DNA of 64,000 bases from Isurus oxyrinchus (lineage: Eukaryota), in the NCBI GenBank assembly GCA_026770705.1, contig JANJGN010000026.1, forward strand, positions 29,574,001 through 29,638,000. The letters run 5' to 3'. The notes below the pieces were generated by a model, which saw only the letters and a list, made by a program, of their open reading frames with translations, made no database searches and was not told the DNA's origin. The position numbers were made by a program, and so were the translations under genes. Numbering within the stretch: position 1 is the first letter of the stretch; every line of letters starts with the position of its first letter. Below are positions 36,918 to 49,463 of the stretch, piece by piece.

Positions 36918-37111
36918 TGCTAGGGTGACCCTCACCGTTTGTTGTCGGTGCAGGCATCAGAGGGCTGGGAGGTTCATAGCTTTCGAGTAAGAAAACGTCC
37001 TGCACTCGCCCAATAAGTTCCTGATCGGAGTTTCCTCTTTGATTTTAGATGAGAATGTTCAACATTCGTTTAAAATTCAGTCATTTTCTGTCGAAGCCTG
37101 AACCAGACATC

Positions 37112-37470
37112 ATGTTGTCCCGATTGTCCTTTCTGATAATAGCCGTGCTGTGCGGTGAGTCGATGTTTAAAGGGTCATGGTCTATTTCATGTGTTAAATT
37201 CAATCCTAGACTTTGACACATTCTGTGTTTGTTACAGCAACGAGTGGTGCAATGGCGCAGACTCACTGCCCCTGGATCCCTCTGAGTTTACTTGCTGGAA
37301 GAATAGAATGTAATGATCAGCTATTGTTACTCCATATCGGTGAGCTTTCTCTACCTCTATTAGTACATCAATATTCCGGGGAAGCTCCGAGATATTTACT
37401 GAGGCAATAAAACTCGGGGCATGGGGATAAGCCTCAATACTTCCCAGACCAGATCTCTGCTGATTTGGCC
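37112..37470 (+). pseudogene. Truncated V pseudogene (family of the 34-kb V)
   Basis: Leader MLSRLSFLIIAVLC G|GTGAGT. Decayed exon contains HQYSGEAPRYLLRQ*NSGHGDKPQYFPD. Confidence 0.75.
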
Positions 37471-37632
37471 ATAGGTGAATACAGCAACTCTAATGTTTCA
37501 CACGTAAAGCTGTCAGTGTTTGTTCTCTACGAACACGGAAACAAACGAACGTCCCAGTTTGAGCCACCAAGAACACTTAGCCTAACTCACTGAGGTTTTT
37601 GTACGGGCTCCTGGCTTTTACGTGAGGCTTTG

Positions 37633-38161
37633 CCTCACTGCGCAGTAATAGACCACCCCGTCCTCCACACTCAGGCCGCTTATATTGAGATAACCGGGCT
37701 GTTTGGACTTGTCAGCAGCCGCCTGATATCGTCCTGAGATTTCATCTTTTCTCAGTGCTACTAATTTGGTAATTATCCAGCTTGGATGCTGTGCCGATTT
37801 ATGCCGATACCATTGCATACTGTATATATCCTTGTCTGTATATTTGCAATCTAACTGCACCGAACCCCCTTCTGACACGGTTAAGGTCACTGGGGTCTGA
37901 GTTACTGGATCGGCACACAGCCCGCCTGTGAAAGTATAGGAACAGAAGAGTATATGATTAAAGAGGATCCATCTAAACATGTGCAATCTAAATGACGGTG
38001 CGCAAATTCCCATGAACCAAGCTGTTCAGAATATGTATAGAACTGATCGTTAATCCTAATAATTGCTAGTGCAAACCCTTTGCCTCAACCTGCTAACCTG
38101 TTTTTATGAACATAATCCAATACTTACTGCCCCAGACAGCCGCCAGTATAATGAGAAACAT
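37633..38161 (-). CDS. TCR alpha/delta V segment, open frame, degenerate heptamer
   Basis: Leader 38161-38128 MFLIILAAVWG|GTAAGT. V exon 37925-37633 GLCADPVTQTPVTLTVSEGGSVQLDC...WYRH...EDGVVYYCAVR. RSS CAAAGCC, 23 bp, ACAAAAACC (37632-37594). Confidence 0.88.
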
Positions 38162-38579
38162 GTCTGACTGAATCTCTCCCAGTGAATGCGAATGGAATGA
38201 GCCAGAGATTGAAAAGGAGAGATGGAACCTGGGTTTTGTTCAGCTCATAGTTCCACCCACACTCTGCAGGGGTCCAGGCCCGTTGTGACCTCACTCAGGA
38301 AACCATCTCTATTGGCTTTGACATTGGCCACACGTGACTTGCTAATTAGCATGCTTGGGTTTGACGCCCTCGGCTGGTGGATTCTGCTTTCATCCGGTTA
38401 AGGGGGCGATTGATTGGATTTGGGGTTTATTGAAGTACATATCAAAACACGAATGTTATTTTTTGCCAGAAGCCTAAATTGGAGCTGATCAGAATCAATT
38501 TTTTTTTCGTTGATGTTTATGCGATATTGAAATAATATTAAAAGTTTATAACTCGCTGATTAGGGTTCAGGGAACCACA

Positions 38580-39090
38580 GTTTACATAGAATGTCAAGAT
38601 ATTGGAGGTAATACACCAGACTTGTACCAGGGATGACGTTTTCCAATGTGAATGGACAAAGGAAATTGGTAGTACTTTTCTTATGTCAAAGAATTAAAGG
38701 AGGTAGTTAATTGAAGTACTCAAAATTATAAGAAGTTTGATGAATCAGATCGTGTACTGTTGTTTTTACTGGCAGAAAATTCGATAATCCAAGTACCAAA
38801 GATTAAGAGAAAAGAGACAGGGAAAGATTATATTCACTTATTACACTGCCATGTTAAAATCTGGACTGCACTGTCTAAAGGAATGGCAGAATATTCATTA
38901 AAAACGTTCAGAAGAAAATTATATGCAACTTAGAAGAAAATTATACGCAACGTAAAAGAAGAAAAAAACTGCTGGCCTTCGTGGAAAAGGTGGGGTTGAA
39001 AGATGAATTGATAACTCTTCCAATGAGGCATAGACATGATAGGCCGAATGGCCTCAATTCTTTGCTCTAAGATCCGATGATTCTAGTTCC
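38580..39090 (+). mobile_element. Old CR1 3' fragment
   Basis: Degenerate RT C-terminus and 3' UTR ending gacatgataggccgaatggcctc. Confidence 0.55.
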
Positions 39091-39430
39091 TTCATGTCCC
39101 TCCCACTCTATTTGTTGTCAGACACTTGAACAGTCAGCAGGTGCGGGCTAGTCATTGACATTGAAGGTTCAACCCTGACTATTTCCCCTCCATCATTTCC
39201 GAGTGCAGCTGAGAGTCACCGCACACTTCACTCAACATTGAGTCACCGGATACCCGCCCACAGCTTCCGTTTGCTGCTCTCACTCTGAGTCGATTGTGTG
39301 ATTGGAGAGATTGCTGCCGCTGGTCCATTCCTGTCATTGGCTGGATCAGCAGTGCAGTGGGGCGGGGATCTGTATTTCTGCTCCGACAGAGGTTTTCTCG
39401 CACTGCAGGGTTACCGACGCAGGAAGTGTC

Positions 39431-39955
39431 ATGGGGAACCGTTTGGCTTATTTCGTCATCATTATGTCACTTCTCAGTAAGTATTTTCCTCTAATTACTA
39501 TAACACAGATGTTGTTGTTGACAAAGCAATAGTGATGGTGATGATGATGATTCTGTTGATCAATGTGAGGCTGATACTGATTGTTGTTATTGCTATTGTT
39601 TTATGTTAGAATGGAGCCACCAAGATACAGTGGAACAGCCGCTTGCTGCAATAACTTCTGACGAGAAAAGTAATATCACACTGATTAGCATATTGAAAAT
39701 AAGTACTCCTAACCCTTATGTGTACTGGTACAGTCAGCGCCCCGAACAACCTCCACAGTACATGCTTCATATTCTGGGAGGGATGCCATTCAGACATAAG
39801 GATGCCAGTGATAGGTTTTCAACATCGTTCAATGAAACTGCCAAGATTACCGAACTCATGATCGGTAACATCCTGATTTCTGACAGCGCGGTATATTTCT
39901 GTGCCTTGGACACCACACTGCTGCAGAGAGAGAGAGCGGATCCCGTATAAAAACC
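39431..39955 (+). pseudogene. V segment, open frame but first Cys>Ser and 26-bp RSS spacer
   Basis: Leader 39431-39476 MGNRLAYFVIIMSLL|GTAAGT. Exon from 39610 reads WSHQDTVEQP...NITLIS...YVYWYSQRP...DSAVYFCALD. CACACTG 39914, 26 bp, ATAAAAACC 39947. Confidence 0.85.
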
Positions 39956-40564
39956 CTCACTGAGAGTTTCCGTTAGTGCTCAACAGAGGGCGCTCTGAAA
40001 CCGATAAACAGAAGCATTAATCCCGCCTCCACCGTGAGAAAAGTTGCAAAAATGCACACCTGCAATAATAGAAAACAACAATTTCTACAGTAACATTAAT
40101 TTTCGATTTCAACTTACATATCTGATAACATTAACATTACGGACCAATTTGTGGTGCCTCATGTCACATCTTTCTCTTTGGATGCCTTTCCTGCCCACTT
40201 GATCCTTCTCACGCCCTGTCTCCACGCGTTACCCATATTTGCAGACATCTCCTTCAGGCTTTGGCTTAAAGGTTTCAAACCTTTGATACTTCTTTGAACA
40301 TTAACTCAAAATTATGCTAACTCAGTGAGCCATAGGGCTTGCCCCAGTTTTAACCGATTTAGCCAATGAAAACTTAATTTATTATTTAATTATTTACTAA
40401 TCCTGACAAGCCTGTGTTCACCCTGCTCGCCCCCAATTTGGAATACATATGAAAGTACAGCAGCTGTTATCGAGAGGCAGAGTTATATGATTTTAGAAGG
40501 GGACATAAATATTGAATTAACCTCCTTACAAATGGGATTCGATGTGTGACAACACTTCCTGCTC

Positions 40565-40815
40565 CAGCCCCGCCCACAGCTTCCGTTTGCTGCCTTCTCT
40601 CTGATCCGCCTTGCCTGCCCTGTGTGATTGGACAGATTGCTGCCGCTGTTCTCTGTTTGGCATTGTTTGGATCAGCAGTTCAGCCGAGCGGGGCTCGGTA
40701 TTTCTGCTCTGACAGAGAATTTCCAGGGCTGCAGAGCTACAGAAAGAAGAATCATCATGTGGAACCATACTGTACCGCTCCTTCTTATTATATCAGTTCT
40801 CAATAAGTATTTTCT
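40565..40815 (+). pseudogene. Orphan V promoter plus leader (paralog of 39250-39485)
   Basis: MWNHTVPLLLIISVL with donor GT>AT; no V exon follows. An inverted promoter fragment lies at about 41095-41210. Confidence 0.7.
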
Positions 40816-42245
40816 TCCAAGTAAAACTTCATTTTCCTTCGGGTACAAGCGTACGAACAAGGAGCAGGAGTAGGCCATTCAGTCCCTCTTGCCTGCTTCG
40901 CCATTTTAAGCCGGAAATGTTCACCCCAACTACCCCCGCTATCCAATCACCACCTTCCATACCAAGAATCTATCCACATCGTCCTTAAAATATTCAAGGA
41001 CTCTGCTTCCATCACCTTTTCAGGAAAAGAGTTCCAAAGGCTCTCGATCCTCTGAGTGAAAAAATCGCCTCATCTCTGTTTCAATTCAGGTCCCTGGTTC
41101 ACTGTACTGCTGATCTATCCAATGGCAAGAACAGACCAACGGAAGAAAAACCTCCAAGAACAAAATCGGGACAGAGGAGAGGAACAAACGGAAGCTGTGG
41201 CCGGCGATGCTGCAGATTGAAAACTGATAAAATTGCGCAGCGGTGACCAGCTGCAGCCGGAACTGATGGAGCGGAAATCGCGACGATTGAAACTCCAGAA
41301 GTCTGTGGGCATCCTGCACCTGTTCACAGATCAAATGGCTGAGAAAAAATAGTAAGGGAGGGCAGGAAGGGAATTATAAAAAGATACGGAACGGAATGAG
41401 GACTCCGCTTACCGTATCTGTGTCTATTTGAAAGGCCCATCACAATCGCCTTTCACACCGCACATTTTCCACGCTGTTTTCCTTTCTCAACTTATAACAA
41501 TTCCATATTGAAATTTATGATTGGATCCTCTTCCCCGATTATTTCAGCCACCTATTCCAGATGTTAACACGTACAATGTAATAAATAAAGCAGATCTTTC
41601 CCCCTCTGTTGTTTTCATGAAATCGAAATGATTTGGTTATTGAATCTTCTGATAATGGAAGCACCTGCGAACTAATCTGTCAAATGGGCATAATTTTAGC
41701 ACATCTCTTTTACCTTCTTTGTTACGAGGGCAAGAATCCAAATTTCTCTAGACTATTCCAGCAAACGTTCCTCATCTCTGGTGCCATTCTGGTGTACAGT
41801 GTCCGCACTTTCTCCAAAATCTTGGCATTACTTCTACTTCGTCGCGCCCAGGATTTGGACAGAGAACTACAGCGATGATTTCTACAGATTTAACAACACT
41901 CTCTGACATAAGCATCAGCAGCAACAAAGACTGCGTCTGAACAGCTCCAATTTAGGCTTTTGGGGAACCTTTGTGTCTTGATAAGCATTTCAAAAACTCA
42001 ATGGCCGCATCCGAACACGGATTGAACCGGATTCACCAGCGGAGGGCGACAAGTTCAAGCATGGACGTCACTGAGTCACGTGGTGGAAACGCCAAAAGGG
42101 ATGATTCACTGAGTGAGGTCACAATGGGCCTGGCCCCCTGCAGTGTGTGGGTGGAACAATAAGCGGAACAGAGCCCGGGTTCCCTCTCTCCTTCTCAATC
42201 TCTGGCTCATTCCATTCATATTCACTGACAGAGATTCAGTCAGAC

Positions 42246-42774
42246 ATGTTTCTGATAATACTGGCGGTGCTGCTGGATAGTAAGTACTGGATTAAGTACA
42301 TCACGGCAGACCAGTAGACTAATGTAGAGGCATTGCGTTGGTAATTAATACAATTAACGATCCGTAATATCCATACGATCGACAGCTGGGTAGATAGGAG
42401 GTTCTACAAACTTACACAGCTACAAACAAATATTGATCAACACTGTTTAACTGCTTGATATTTCATTCCTCTACCTCACAGGCGGAATATGCGGAGATCC
42501 AGTAACTCAAGCTCCTGTTGCAATAACGGTTTCAGAAGATGGTTTGGTGCAGTTAGACTGTGAATACGCAGAAAAAAAAATCTATTCCATGCAATGGTAC
42601 CGGCAGCAAACGGCACTGCCACCAAAATGGATTATCACCAATATCATAGCACTGAAAGAAGATATAATTTCACGACGATATCTGGCGGCTGCTGACATGT
42701 CTCAAAAGAACGGTTACCTCAATATAAGCGAACTGAGTGTGGAGGACGGGGCGCTGTATTACTGTGCAGTGAGG
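42246..42774 (+). CDS. TCR alpha/delta V segment, apparently functional (paralog of 37633-38161)
   Basis: Leader 42246-42279 MFLIILAVLLD|GTAAGT. V exon 42482-42774 GICGDPVTQAP...VQLDC...WYRQQ...EDGALYYCAVR. Confidence 0.9.
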
Positions 42775-42813
42775 CACAGCGTCAAATCGCAGCGAGAATC
42801 CCGTACAAAAACC
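42775..42813 (+). promoter_or_regulatory. 23-RSS
   Basis: CACAGCG, 23 bp, ACAAAAACC. Confidence 0.9.
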
Positions 42814-43179
42814 TCAGCGGTTTTTACATCCAGAGATGTAAAAAAGGCAAGTCTATGTACCGCAATTTTATTGCTCTATTTGTCCTTGTCCAAATCCACA
42901 GAGAAGCAGTTTTGGGAAATATGCAAAACTATCTCCATGCCGCCATTTATAGGGTAAATAGCTGCGACCGTAACCGGGACATCGATTTGCCGACAGAGGT
43001 AAATAAATCTCTCAGAAGTGGAGTCCCTAAAGTTGATAATTATCGGCTATTCTTACAAAACCGTTAACTCAGGTGGACCCATTGTGAATTGGTAGATGGG
43101 TGGATTGATCAGTTTATTGTACCTATTTCCACAAGCATTTGATTTAATTTTCCTTTTATATATGATTATGTTAATTTCA

Positions 43180-43510
43180 TTCTTGTTTTGGAAGCTGCTT
43201 CTTGCCGCTGGGGAAAGAATCAGATATTGGTTTATTGGAAACGCAAGGAGAATCATTTTGCTTCACCATAACTCCACTTTTGCTGCAAATGAACTTATAT
43301 TCTTGAGCCGGCATTTCTGAAATCGAGCTCCTGAGCATCCCGTCTCCATATTCAGTGATGAAAGAGTTGAGGGATGGTTTAGAGTATCTGTGGACAGTGA
43401 GCAAGGCTCTACCACTCTCACCGTTCACTTGGTTCAGTTCCCAGATGCAGTAGTGCAGTGCGGTAAAACACGGGGAGGCAAGGAGGTCAGGAGACTGTAG
43501 TAGAACTCAT
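43180..43510 (+). pseudogene. Decayed V pseudogene (paralog of 56595-56890)
   Basis: NRAPEHPVSIFSDERVEGWFRVSVDSEQGSTTLTVHLVQFPDAVVQC resembles FR2-FR3; nucleotide homology to the 56.6-kb copy. Confidence 0.6.
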
Positions 43511-43689
43511 TCGACATGGGGACTGGGGAGGCAATCGAGACATGGGCTTTAGAAGCGAGATTGCTACCAGTCAATTCTACGAAAAAAAAAGACAGTTCAC
43601 CATCCGAATAATTTAATGGAATGAAAATATCTTTATTATTTATAATAACATAATAACATGCAGATTAATCCTCTGTGCAAAAATCAATC

Positions 43690-44020
43690 AAACATGGAAA
43701 GGATCTTTCCTCTTGTAGGTGAATCTAGAACTAAGGGACATTCTACAAAAATAAGCCGTCTCCTATTTAAAACAGAGATAATAAGAATGTTTTCTCTCAG
43801 AAAGTCGGGGGTCTTTGGAAATCCCTTCCTCAAAGGGCAGGGGAAGCAGGATCCTTGAATGTTTCCAAGGCAGAGGGAGATCGATTTTTGATAAACAAGT
43901 AAGTGGAAGATAACCGGGGGTAGGTGGGAGGTTACAGTCAGATCAGCCATGACCTTATTGAATAGTGGAGCAAGCTCGAAGGGCCGACAGGCCTACTAAA
44001 GCTTCTATTTCCTATGTTCG
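43690..44020 (+). mobile_element. CR1 3' fragment
   Basis: ERIFPLVGESRTKGH...; 3' UTR cagatcagccatgaccttattgaat...gggccga. A reverse related piece lies at about 40850-41080. Confidence 0.7.
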
Positions 44021-44939
44021 TATATATTTGATTTGATTGACATGGTCCTTTGATGATTAGGGTGCTCGCAAGCCTTACATTCTTCCGAAATGAACAATCA
44101 CAACCTCATCAATTGCATGTTAATGAATTTATGAACAAGAGTCTCATCTATTTATGCAAATGAACAGGTACTGCCTTAATGACGTGGGCACCTCAGAAAG
44201 CTGAGACAAATAATCTAGGAATGAATATTAAATAGTAAAGGTAGCATAAGCAAAACGATGAAAAGGTAAAAGTTACAGTAATAGTAAAACTAAAGCTATA
44301 AGAACCATAACAATGTGTCAGAATAATCATGCAGCAATATCTTGCAACAATATTCGAGAATAAATTGAGCGTCGTTGTTCTACAGACAATATTCCACTAG
44401 ATGGCGCTCCTGGACCTTGCCTTTGGAGAAAACTTAAACCGTCAGTTCACCGCTCTGACAGGTGACAACTGGGGATTACAGGAAATATTTTGGCGCTGTG
44501 ACACGTTACTGCAAACAATACTCTATATAGGGCAAGGATTGATAGGTGAATTACACAAGAGACTTAAAGATGGAGGCCTATAAATCATTTTATTTCATGG
44601 TCCAATGTCACTGCGTTGTAGATTTTCATTGTTAATTCAAGTGTCAGGTATAGGCAATGTAGGTGTACTTCATGATTCTTGTCTCTCCAATGCGCTCTGA
44701 GGTTTTAATATAACTGATGCCATTTAAACTTTGTTATGACTAGCTTTGGCCGATTGTAAACGCAATTTAAATTATAATCTAATATAATTTCATGAGTGGG
44801 CTTCACTTCTTGTTGTTAGGTGCTCTGCTTCGTTGCAATATTAAGAAAATCCCTGTGAATCTCAGTGGAGGCTGTATTACTGTTTCCATTTATTGGTGTG
44901 AGAGCGCCCTCTGGTGAGCTCCAACTGGACCTCTCAGCG

Positions 44940-45310
44940 TGGGTCTCTCTCCAGGATACGTGATATCGCTCCATCAGTTTGGGCGCCATGGCATGGAAAT
45001 CCAGGACAGTATGAGAGCTCAGAGTGTGGCTGATCTTTAACTCAGTATATTGGTAATTTCGTTAACATAGAGCGGAATAGATCAGTGAATGACGTGCAGG
45101 TTCATGTTTACATTCCCCCATAAGATAAGATGAATTATGTATTGTGGAGACTGGCCTTGTTGCTGGCTGTACCAGTCCACGAAAGGGCGAGAATCGTTTG
45201 TCTTCAAGGTACTACTAGGTGTGAAATGACTTCCCCCTTCAGACGTCATTTTTGGGAAAGGCATCTTGGTTTAAACAGGCGCACGGGGAATGGATTTTTA
45301 CTGGGGGAAA
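44940..45310 (-). pseudogene. Decayed V pseudogene (family of the 39.6-kb V)
   Basis: MTSEGGSHFTPSSTLKTNDSRPFVDWYSQQQGQSPQYIIHL. The 3' flank (cagagggcgctctcacaccaataaa) matches 39984-40010. Confidence 0.7.
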
Positions 45311-47182
45311 ATAATTATATTATTTCGTTGGACGGGGGCGTGAAAATCTTCATCCACATTCAACACGTGCATTTTTGAGACGATGGTCAATTAGATATCA
45401 AACAATCTCTCAGATCAATTAGAGATCAAGCTGTGTATATTTACTGGCCTGCCTCTCTGATCAGCAGAATGCGTCGTTAATGTCCCAGTTCTCTGAAAAC
45501 AACAGATTTGTGGTTACGGAAGTGACATCAGACCAATCAGGTCCAGTGATCTCAGCTCTTCCTATGGCATGTTCTGCAGGGTGTGACTTCAGACCAGCAG
45601 TAGCCAGTGCTCTCAACTTTTTCTTGTTTGATATTCTGCGGGTTTCTGACACACAAAGAGTCCCATGAACCCCGGAACAATTGAAATGCGAATCTCCGTT
45701 CTCGCTGTGATCTGGGTGACATTCGCTGTCGGCAAGAAATTTAAAATATGTTTTAATAAGGCTTCAGTTTCTGGAGGGATTAATTTGAAGAAAAAGAACA
45801 GGAATTCATGTTAATCAAGTGCCGGGCCTGCGTTAGAGCGCACTTGAGTTATTGTGGACAGATTTGGTATCTTCCTTGTAAGAATAATAAAGAGACACGA
45901 AACGCAACGTAGAAATTAATCATAATGACGATGTCAGAATTGAGAGATAACATTGCACAGACTAGGGCTCATTCCTCTAGTAAAGAGAAGACTGATTGGT
46001 AACCGGATAGAGTCCTTTAACATGACTAAATGGTTCATTGGGGAGATATGCGGAACGTGTATACACTTGAGGAGGATTCCAAAATAATGGGTCATAAATA
46101 AGAGTCACAAAAATATCCAAAGGGGAATTCAGGAGAAACTTCTTTCTCCTTTAGAATATGGAACTCACTGACACAAGGAGCAGATGAGCAAAATACACAA
46201 ATACATTAAGGGGAATCTGGATAAACAGTTGGTGGAAGAAATGACGGAGAGATTTGCTGATGTAATGAGATGAAGAGGGAGGGAGGGTGCTCATGGTGAT
46301 TGTAAACAACGACATAGGGCAGTTGGGCAGAACGAGCTTGTGAACTATAAATTGTAAATAATTTTATGTCACACTTACTGTGAATTTTCACAGTCAGTTC
46401 TGTTCAGTTGAACTTTTAACTGATGGTTTCCACTTTATTTAACCGTGTCCTCCAGATATGAGCGATGGAGATTCTGTCACTCAGGGGGAATCTTTGCTCA
46501 CACAGGCAGAGGGCAAAGATGTCACTTTCACCTGCACCTATACTGACGATGCTGATTAGTTATTCTGGTACGTGCAGGACCCAGCAGTCCGGAGGCGCAA
46601 GGGCGGTAGTTCTGAATTTAAGGCGGATGTCATTCAGAGCCGTTTTTCTGATACAGTCCACCAGTCAGACAAATCGTACCGATTGGCCCTATCGGAGCTG
46701 CGGCTGCCTGACAGCACAGTCTATTCAGCAGGTCTGGCAGTATCGGCGGAGAAGAAAAGAGTTGACGTTTCGAGTCCTCATGACCCTTCGACAGAACTTG
46801 AGTTCGAGTCCAAGAAAAAGTTGAAATATAAGCTGGTTTAAGGTGTGTGTGTGGGGGACGGAGAGATAGAGAGAGAGAGAGGTGGTTGTGTGGGCAAACA
46901 AGCAGTGATAGAAGCAGATCATCAAAAGATGTCAACGACAGTGGTACAATAGAACACATAGGTGTTAAAGTTAAAGTTGGTGATATTATCTAAACGAATG
47001 TGCTAATTAAGAATGGAGGGTAGGGCACTCAAGGTATAGCTCTAGTGGGGGTGGGGAGAGCATAAAAGATTTTAAGATATTTAAAAATAATGGAAATAGG
47101 TGGGAAAAGAAAAATCTATATAATTTATTGGAAAAAAAAAGAAAGGGGGAAACAGAAATGGGGTGGGGATGGGGGAGGGAGC

Positions 47183-48790
47183 TCACGACCTAAAGTTGTT
47201 GAATTCAATATTCAGTCCAGAAGGCTGTAAGGTGCCTAGTCGGAAGATGAGGTGTTGTTCCTCCAGTTTGCGTTGGGCTTCACTGGAACAATGCAGCAAG
47301 CCAAGGACAGACATGTGGGCAAGAGAGCAGGGTGGAGTGTTAAAATGGCAAGCGTCAGGGAGGTTTGGGTCATTCTTGCGGACAGACCGCAGGTGTTCTG
47401 CAAAGCGGTCGCCCAGTTTACATTTGGTCTCTCCAAGGTAGAGGAGACCACATTGGGAGCAACGAATGCAGTAGACTAAGTTGGAGGAAATGCAAGTGAA
47501 ATGCTGCTTCACTTGAAAGGAGTGTTTGGGCTCTTGGACGGTGAGGAGAGAGGAAGTGAAGGGGCAGGTGTTACATCTTTTGCGTGGGCATGGGGTGGTG
47601 CCATAGGAGGGGGTTGAGGAGTAGGGAGTGATGGAGGAGTGGACCAGGGTGTCCCGGAGGGAGCGATCCCTACGGAATGCCGATAAGGGGGGTGAAGGGA
47701 AGATGTGTTTGGTGGTGGCATCATGCTGGAGTTGGCAGAAATGGCGGAGGATGATCCTTTGAATGCGGAGGCTGGTGGGGTGATAAGTGAGGACAAGGGG
47801 GACCCTATCATGTTTCTGGGAGGGAGGAGAAGGCATGAGGGCGGATGCGCGGGAGATGGGCCGGACACGGTTGACGGCCCTGTCAACGACAGTGGGTGGA
47901 AAACCTCGGTTAAGGAAGAAGGAGGACATGTCAGAGGAACCGTTTTTGAAGGTAGCATCATCGGAACAGATGCGACAAAGGCGAAGGAACTGGGAGAATG
48001 GGATGGAGTCCTTACAGGAAGCGGGGTGTGAGGAGCTGTAGTCGAGGTAGCTGTGGGAGTCGGTGGGTTTGTAATGGATATTGGTGGACAGTCTATCACC
48101 AGAGATTGAGACAGAGAGGTCAAGGAAGGGAAGGGAAGTGTCAGAGATGGACCACGTGAAAATGATGGAGGGGTGGAGATTGGAAGCAAAATTAATAAAT
48201 TTTTCCAAGTCCCGACAAGAGTATGAAGCGGCACCGAAGTAATCATCGATGTACCGGAGAAAAAGTTGTGGAAGGGTGCCGGAGTAGGACTGCAACAAGG
48301 AATGTTCCACATACCCCATAAAGAGACAGGCATAGCTGGGGCCCATGCGGGTACCCATAGCCACACCTTTTATTTGGAGGAAGTGAGAGGAGTTGAAGGA
48401 GAAATTGTTCAGCGTGAGAACAAGTTCAGCCTGACGGAGGAGAGTAGTAGTGGATGGGGATTGTTCGGGCCTCTGTTCGAGGAAGAAGCTAAGGGCCCTC
48501 AGACCATCCTGGTGGGGGATGGAGGTGTAGAGGGATTGGACGTCCATGGTGAAGAGGAAGCGGTTGGGGCCAGGGAACTGGAAATTGTTGATGTGACGTA
48601 AGGTGTCAGAGGAATCACGGATGTATGTGGGAAGGGACTGGACAAGGGGAGAGAGAAGGGAGTCAAGATAACGAGAAATGAGTTCTGTGGGGCAGGAGCA
48701 AGCTGAGACGATCGGTCTACCGGGGCAGTTCTGTTTGTGGATTTTGGGTAGGAGATAGAAGCGGGCCGTCTGAGGTTGGGCGACTATCAA
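47183..48790 (-). CDS. Penelope-like RT plus GIY-YIG endonuclease (partial ORF)
   Basis: 535-aa open frame with the motifs above; upstream coding continues in another frame to about 49180. Confidence 0.9.
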   Translation of the reverse strand: MIVAQPQTARFYLLPKIHKQNCPGRPIVSACSCPTELISRYLDSLLSPLVQSLPTYIRDSSDTLRHINNFQFPGPNRFLFTMDVQSLYTSIPHQDGLRALSFFLEQRPEQSPSTTTLLRQAELVLTLNNFSFNSSHFLQIKGVAMGTRMGPSYACLFMGYVEHSLLQSYSGTLPQLFLRYIDDYFGAASYSCRDLEKFINFASNLHPSIIFTWSISDTSLPFLDLSVSISGDRLSTNIHYKPTDSHSYLDYSSSHPASCKDSIPFSQFLRLCRICSDDATFKNGSSDMSSFFLNRGFPPTVVDRAVNRVRPISRASALMPSPPSQKHDRVPLVLTYHPTSLRIQRIILRHFCQLQHDATTKHIFPSPPLSAFRRDRSLRDTLVHSSITPYSSTPSYGTTPCPRKRCNTCPFTSSLLTVQEPKHSFQVKQHFTCISSNLVYCIRCSQCGLLYLGETKCKLGDRFAEHLRSVRKNDPNLPDACHFNTPPCSLAHMSVLGLLHCSSEAQRKLEEQHLIFRLGTLQPSGLNIEFNNFRS

Positions 48791-49463
48791 GTTGGAAGCT
48801 GTGGGAGGGAGATCCCCAGAGGAGATGAGGTCAGTGACAGTCCTGGAAACAATGGCTTGATGTTCAGTGGTGGGGTCATGGTCCAGGGAGAGGTAGGAGG
48901 AAGTGTCTGCAAGTTGACGCTCAGCCTCCGCGAGGTAGAGGTCAGTGCGCCAGACAACAACAGCACCACCCTTGTCAGCGGGTTTGATGACAATGTCAGG
49001 GTTGGACCTGAGAGAATGGAGTGCAGTAAGTTCAGAGAGAGACAGGTTAGAATGGGTGAGAGGAGCAGAGAAATTGAGATGACTAATGTCGCGCCGACAG
49101 TTCTCAATGAAAAGATCAAGAGAAGGTAAGAATCCAGAGGGAGGGGTCCAGGTGGAGGGAGAATATTGGAGATGGGTAAAAGGATTTTAAAATCTTTTAT
49201 GCTCTCCCCACCCCCACTAGAGCTATACCTTGAGTGCCCTACCATCCATTCTTAAATAGCACATTCGTTTAGATAATATCACCAACTTTAACTTTAACAC
49301 CTATGTGTTCTATTGTACCATTGTTGTTGACATCTTTTGATGATCTGCTTCTATCACTGCTTGTTTGTCCACGCAACCACCTCTCTCTCTCTCTATCTCT
49401 CCGCCCCCCACACACACACCTTAAACCAGCTTATATTTCAACTTTTTCTTGGACTCGAACTCA

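Noticed and set aside
47236-49245. Extra ORFs overlapping the Penelope ORF
   Set aside because: Alternative-frame and antisense shadows of the element's coding sequence.
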